Shown here: piece by piece, positions 62,050 through 64,000 of the stretch
How positions within the stretch are numbered: position 1 is the stretch's first letter
How the letters are laid out: the number at the start of each line of letters is the position of its first letter
Source: Alphaproteobacteria bacterium
GTDB taxonomy: Bacteria > Pseudomonadota > Alphaproteobacteria > UBA828
Assembly (NCBI GenBank): GCA_965237415.1
Contig: CBDEFM010000002.1
Span: 3,971,331 to 4,035,330, forward strand
Reading direction: 5' to 3'
DNA length: 64,000 nt
Translations under genes and position numbers: made by a program
Notes under the pieces: generated by a model
What the model was told of the DNA's origin: nothing
The model's database searches: none
Seen by the model: only the letters and a program-made list of their open reading frames with translations

Positions 62050-63505
62050 TCAGGCAGCAGCCAGCACCGTGCCGTCCGCGCCGCGCGGGTAGATGGGCGT
62101 GCCGGCGGCGAGGGGAATCGCCTCCTCGATGGCCGCCGCCGCTCGCAGCACCGCCGCCTCGCCGCGCGGCGGGCCCAAGATCTGGAGGCCCACCGGCAGC
62201 CCTGCTTCGGTGAAGCCCACCGGCACCGAGGCCGACGGGCAGGCGGTGAGCGTCAGCACGAAGGTGAGGCCCAACCAGTCGACGTAGTTGTCGAAGCGAT
62301 GGCCGTCGATCTCGTCGATCCAGCGCGTGTCCACGTCGAAGGGCGGCACGATCACACAGGGGCAGACCAGCAGGTCGTGGCGCGTGAAGAAGCGGACGAC
62401 CCGCTGATAGATCGCGCCGCGCGCACGCTCCGCCCGGGCGATCGTGCCGGCGTCGAGCGCGAGGCCCTTCTCGATGTTCCAGATGATCTCGGGCTTGAGC
62501 GCGTCCCGGTGGGTCTCGAGCATCTCGCCCTTGTCGGCGGCGAAGAGCGCCGCACGCAGAACCTGGAAGACATCGATCGCGCCGGAGAGGTCCGGGCAGG
62601 CCTCCGCGACCTCCATGCCGGCGCCCGCGAGAGTCTCGACGGCGCGCGCGCAGATGGCGGCGACCTCGCGCTCCACCGGCAGCAGGCCGAGGTCCTGGCT
62701 GTAGGCGATGCGGCCGGGCAGCGGCAGCGTCGAGACCGCGTCGGCGAAGCTGACCGCCGGTGCCTCCAGGGAGAGCGGGTCTTCCGGATGGGCGCCCGAC
62801 ATGGCATCGAGCATGAGGGCGCAGTCCCCGCGCGTTGCGCGCCATGGGGCCGTCCACCATCAGCCCCTCGAAGGGGAGGTGCTTCGGGCCGTGGGCGACG
62901 CGGCCCGGGCTCGGGCGCATGCCGAAGACGCTGCAGAAGCTCGCGGGAATCCGCAGGCTGCCGCCGAGGTCGGAGCCTGTCGCGAGCCAGACCTGGCCGG
63001 TGGCGAGCGCCGTCGACGAGCCGCCGGAGGAGCCTCCGCAGGTCTTCTCCACGTTCCACGGATTCCGGGTCTTGCCGAAGACCTCGTTGAAGGTGTTGGC
63101 GCCGGCGCCGAACTCGGGCGTGTTGGACTTGCCGATGACGATGGCGCCGCGCGCTTCCAGGGTCTCGATCAGCAGGTCCGAGCGTGGCGGCACATGGTCG
63201 GCGTAGATCGGCGAGCCCCAGGTGGTGCGTACGCCCTCGACCGGCACTAGGTCCTTGACCGCGATGGGCACGCCGCCGAGCCAGCCGCGCGGGCGCTCGG
63301 TCTCCGGGTCGTCGGCCATGATGCGCTCGGCATGGGCGCGCGCGCGGTCGATGCAAAGCGTCGGGATCGCGTTGAGATGCCCGTCGGTCGCCGCGATGCG
63401 TTCCGCGCTCGCCTCGACCAGCTCCAGCGGCGAGACCTCGCGCCGGCGGAGCAGGTCGACAACGTCGGTTGCGGTCAGTCGCCAGAGCTCGCCGCTGGCC
63501 GCCAT
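62050..63505 (-). pseudogene. Amidase-signature enzyme with a single +1 frameshift near 62828
   Basis: KDL, GKSNTPEF, GGSSGG, GSDLGGSLRIPA; the frame breaks at GPMARNAR and resumes DCALMLDAM across a 4-nt G run. Confidence 0.8.
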
Positions 63506-63518
63506 CGTGCCGCCCTCC

Positions 63519-64000
63519 TCAGGCCGCAGGCGGCGTGCGGCTGTGCCAGTCGGTATCCTGCTGGTAGGCGTGGCCCGCCTGCAGCAGCCGCTCCTCGCTG
63601 AGTTGGGGCCCCACGATCTGGAAACCCAAAGGCAAGCCGTCCTCGTCGAAGCCGCCGGGCAGGCACATCGCGGGCGTTCTCGCCATGTCGTGGGGGGCGG
63701 TGAAGGAGATCAGGCGCTCGACCGAGCCTTCCTCGGCGCCCAACGTGTCCATGAAGGCGTTGGTGGGCGTCGGATAGGGCTGCGAGGGGATGATGATCGC
63801 GTCGACGTCGGCGAAGACGGCGTTGAGCGCGCCGATGAACTTGTCCCGCTCGATCAGGATGCGGGCGTGCTCCACGCCGCTGAGCGCGAGCCCGACCTCG
63901 ATCAGGCTGCTCAGCACCGGCCCGTAGTCGGCCTTGCGCTCGGCGTAGTAGGGCTCGTGCGCGACGGCCGTGTCGGCGCCGCAGAAATCGTTCCAGCGAT
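63519..64000 (-). CDS. Amidase-signature family protein (5' part outside window)
   Basis: C-terminal FTAPHDM..PAMCLPGGF..GLPLGFQIVG..EERLLQAGHAYQQDTDWH. Confidence 0.85.
   Translation of the reverse strand, partial: RWNDFCGADTAVAHEPYYAERKADYGPVLSSLIEVGLALSGVEHARILIERDKFIGALNAVFADVDAIIIPSQPYPTPTNAFMDTLGAEEGSVERLISFTAPHDMARTPAMCLPGGFDEDGLPLGFQIVGPQLSEERLLQAGHAYQQDTDWHSRTPPAA

Overview
High-GC alphaproteobacterial chromosome segment (Rhodospirillales-like by gene content and order; inference). Left third (1-20.5 kb) is an accessory catabolic region: sugar-type ABC system with two binding proteins, three SDRs, an SMP-30 lactonase, split PxpB/PxpC-like carboxyltransferase subunits separated by a palindromic REP-like repeat, malonyl-CoA decarboxylase, an isochorismatase-fold protein lacking its usual triad, an alpha/beta hydrolase, an internally deleted kynureninase and a Liv-type ABC transporter. 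The middle is mostly housekeeping (guaB, aspS, nrdJ with NrdR boxes, NDUFA12, tyrS, anmK, cysE-iscR-iscS-fdx-tenA). It also holds an orphan Rieske oxygenase, a TA locus with a deleted Doc toxin, and a co-oriented Spy/CpxP - Ntn acylase - GH3 ligase - response regulator - kinase block behind a perfect CpxR-type box. The right part has an atypical alanine-racemase-fold gene coupled to a 2OG/Fe hydroxylase, a pyridoxine 4-oxidase homologue, pheA, and a decayed island ending at tRNA-Met (IS66/IS1595 fragments, bacteriocin-type ABC fragment, RelBE with a truncated toxin, serine recombinase relic). It ends with an IS1202-type element, hisZ-purA, an IS5 inserted at the purA stop codon, and two amidases (one frameshifted). 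The best candidates for an undescribed system are the GH3+acylase Cpx-like operon, the Alr-like/hydroxylase pair, and the carboxyltransferase/MCD catabolic cluster. All family calls come from motif recognition by eye; no searches were run.
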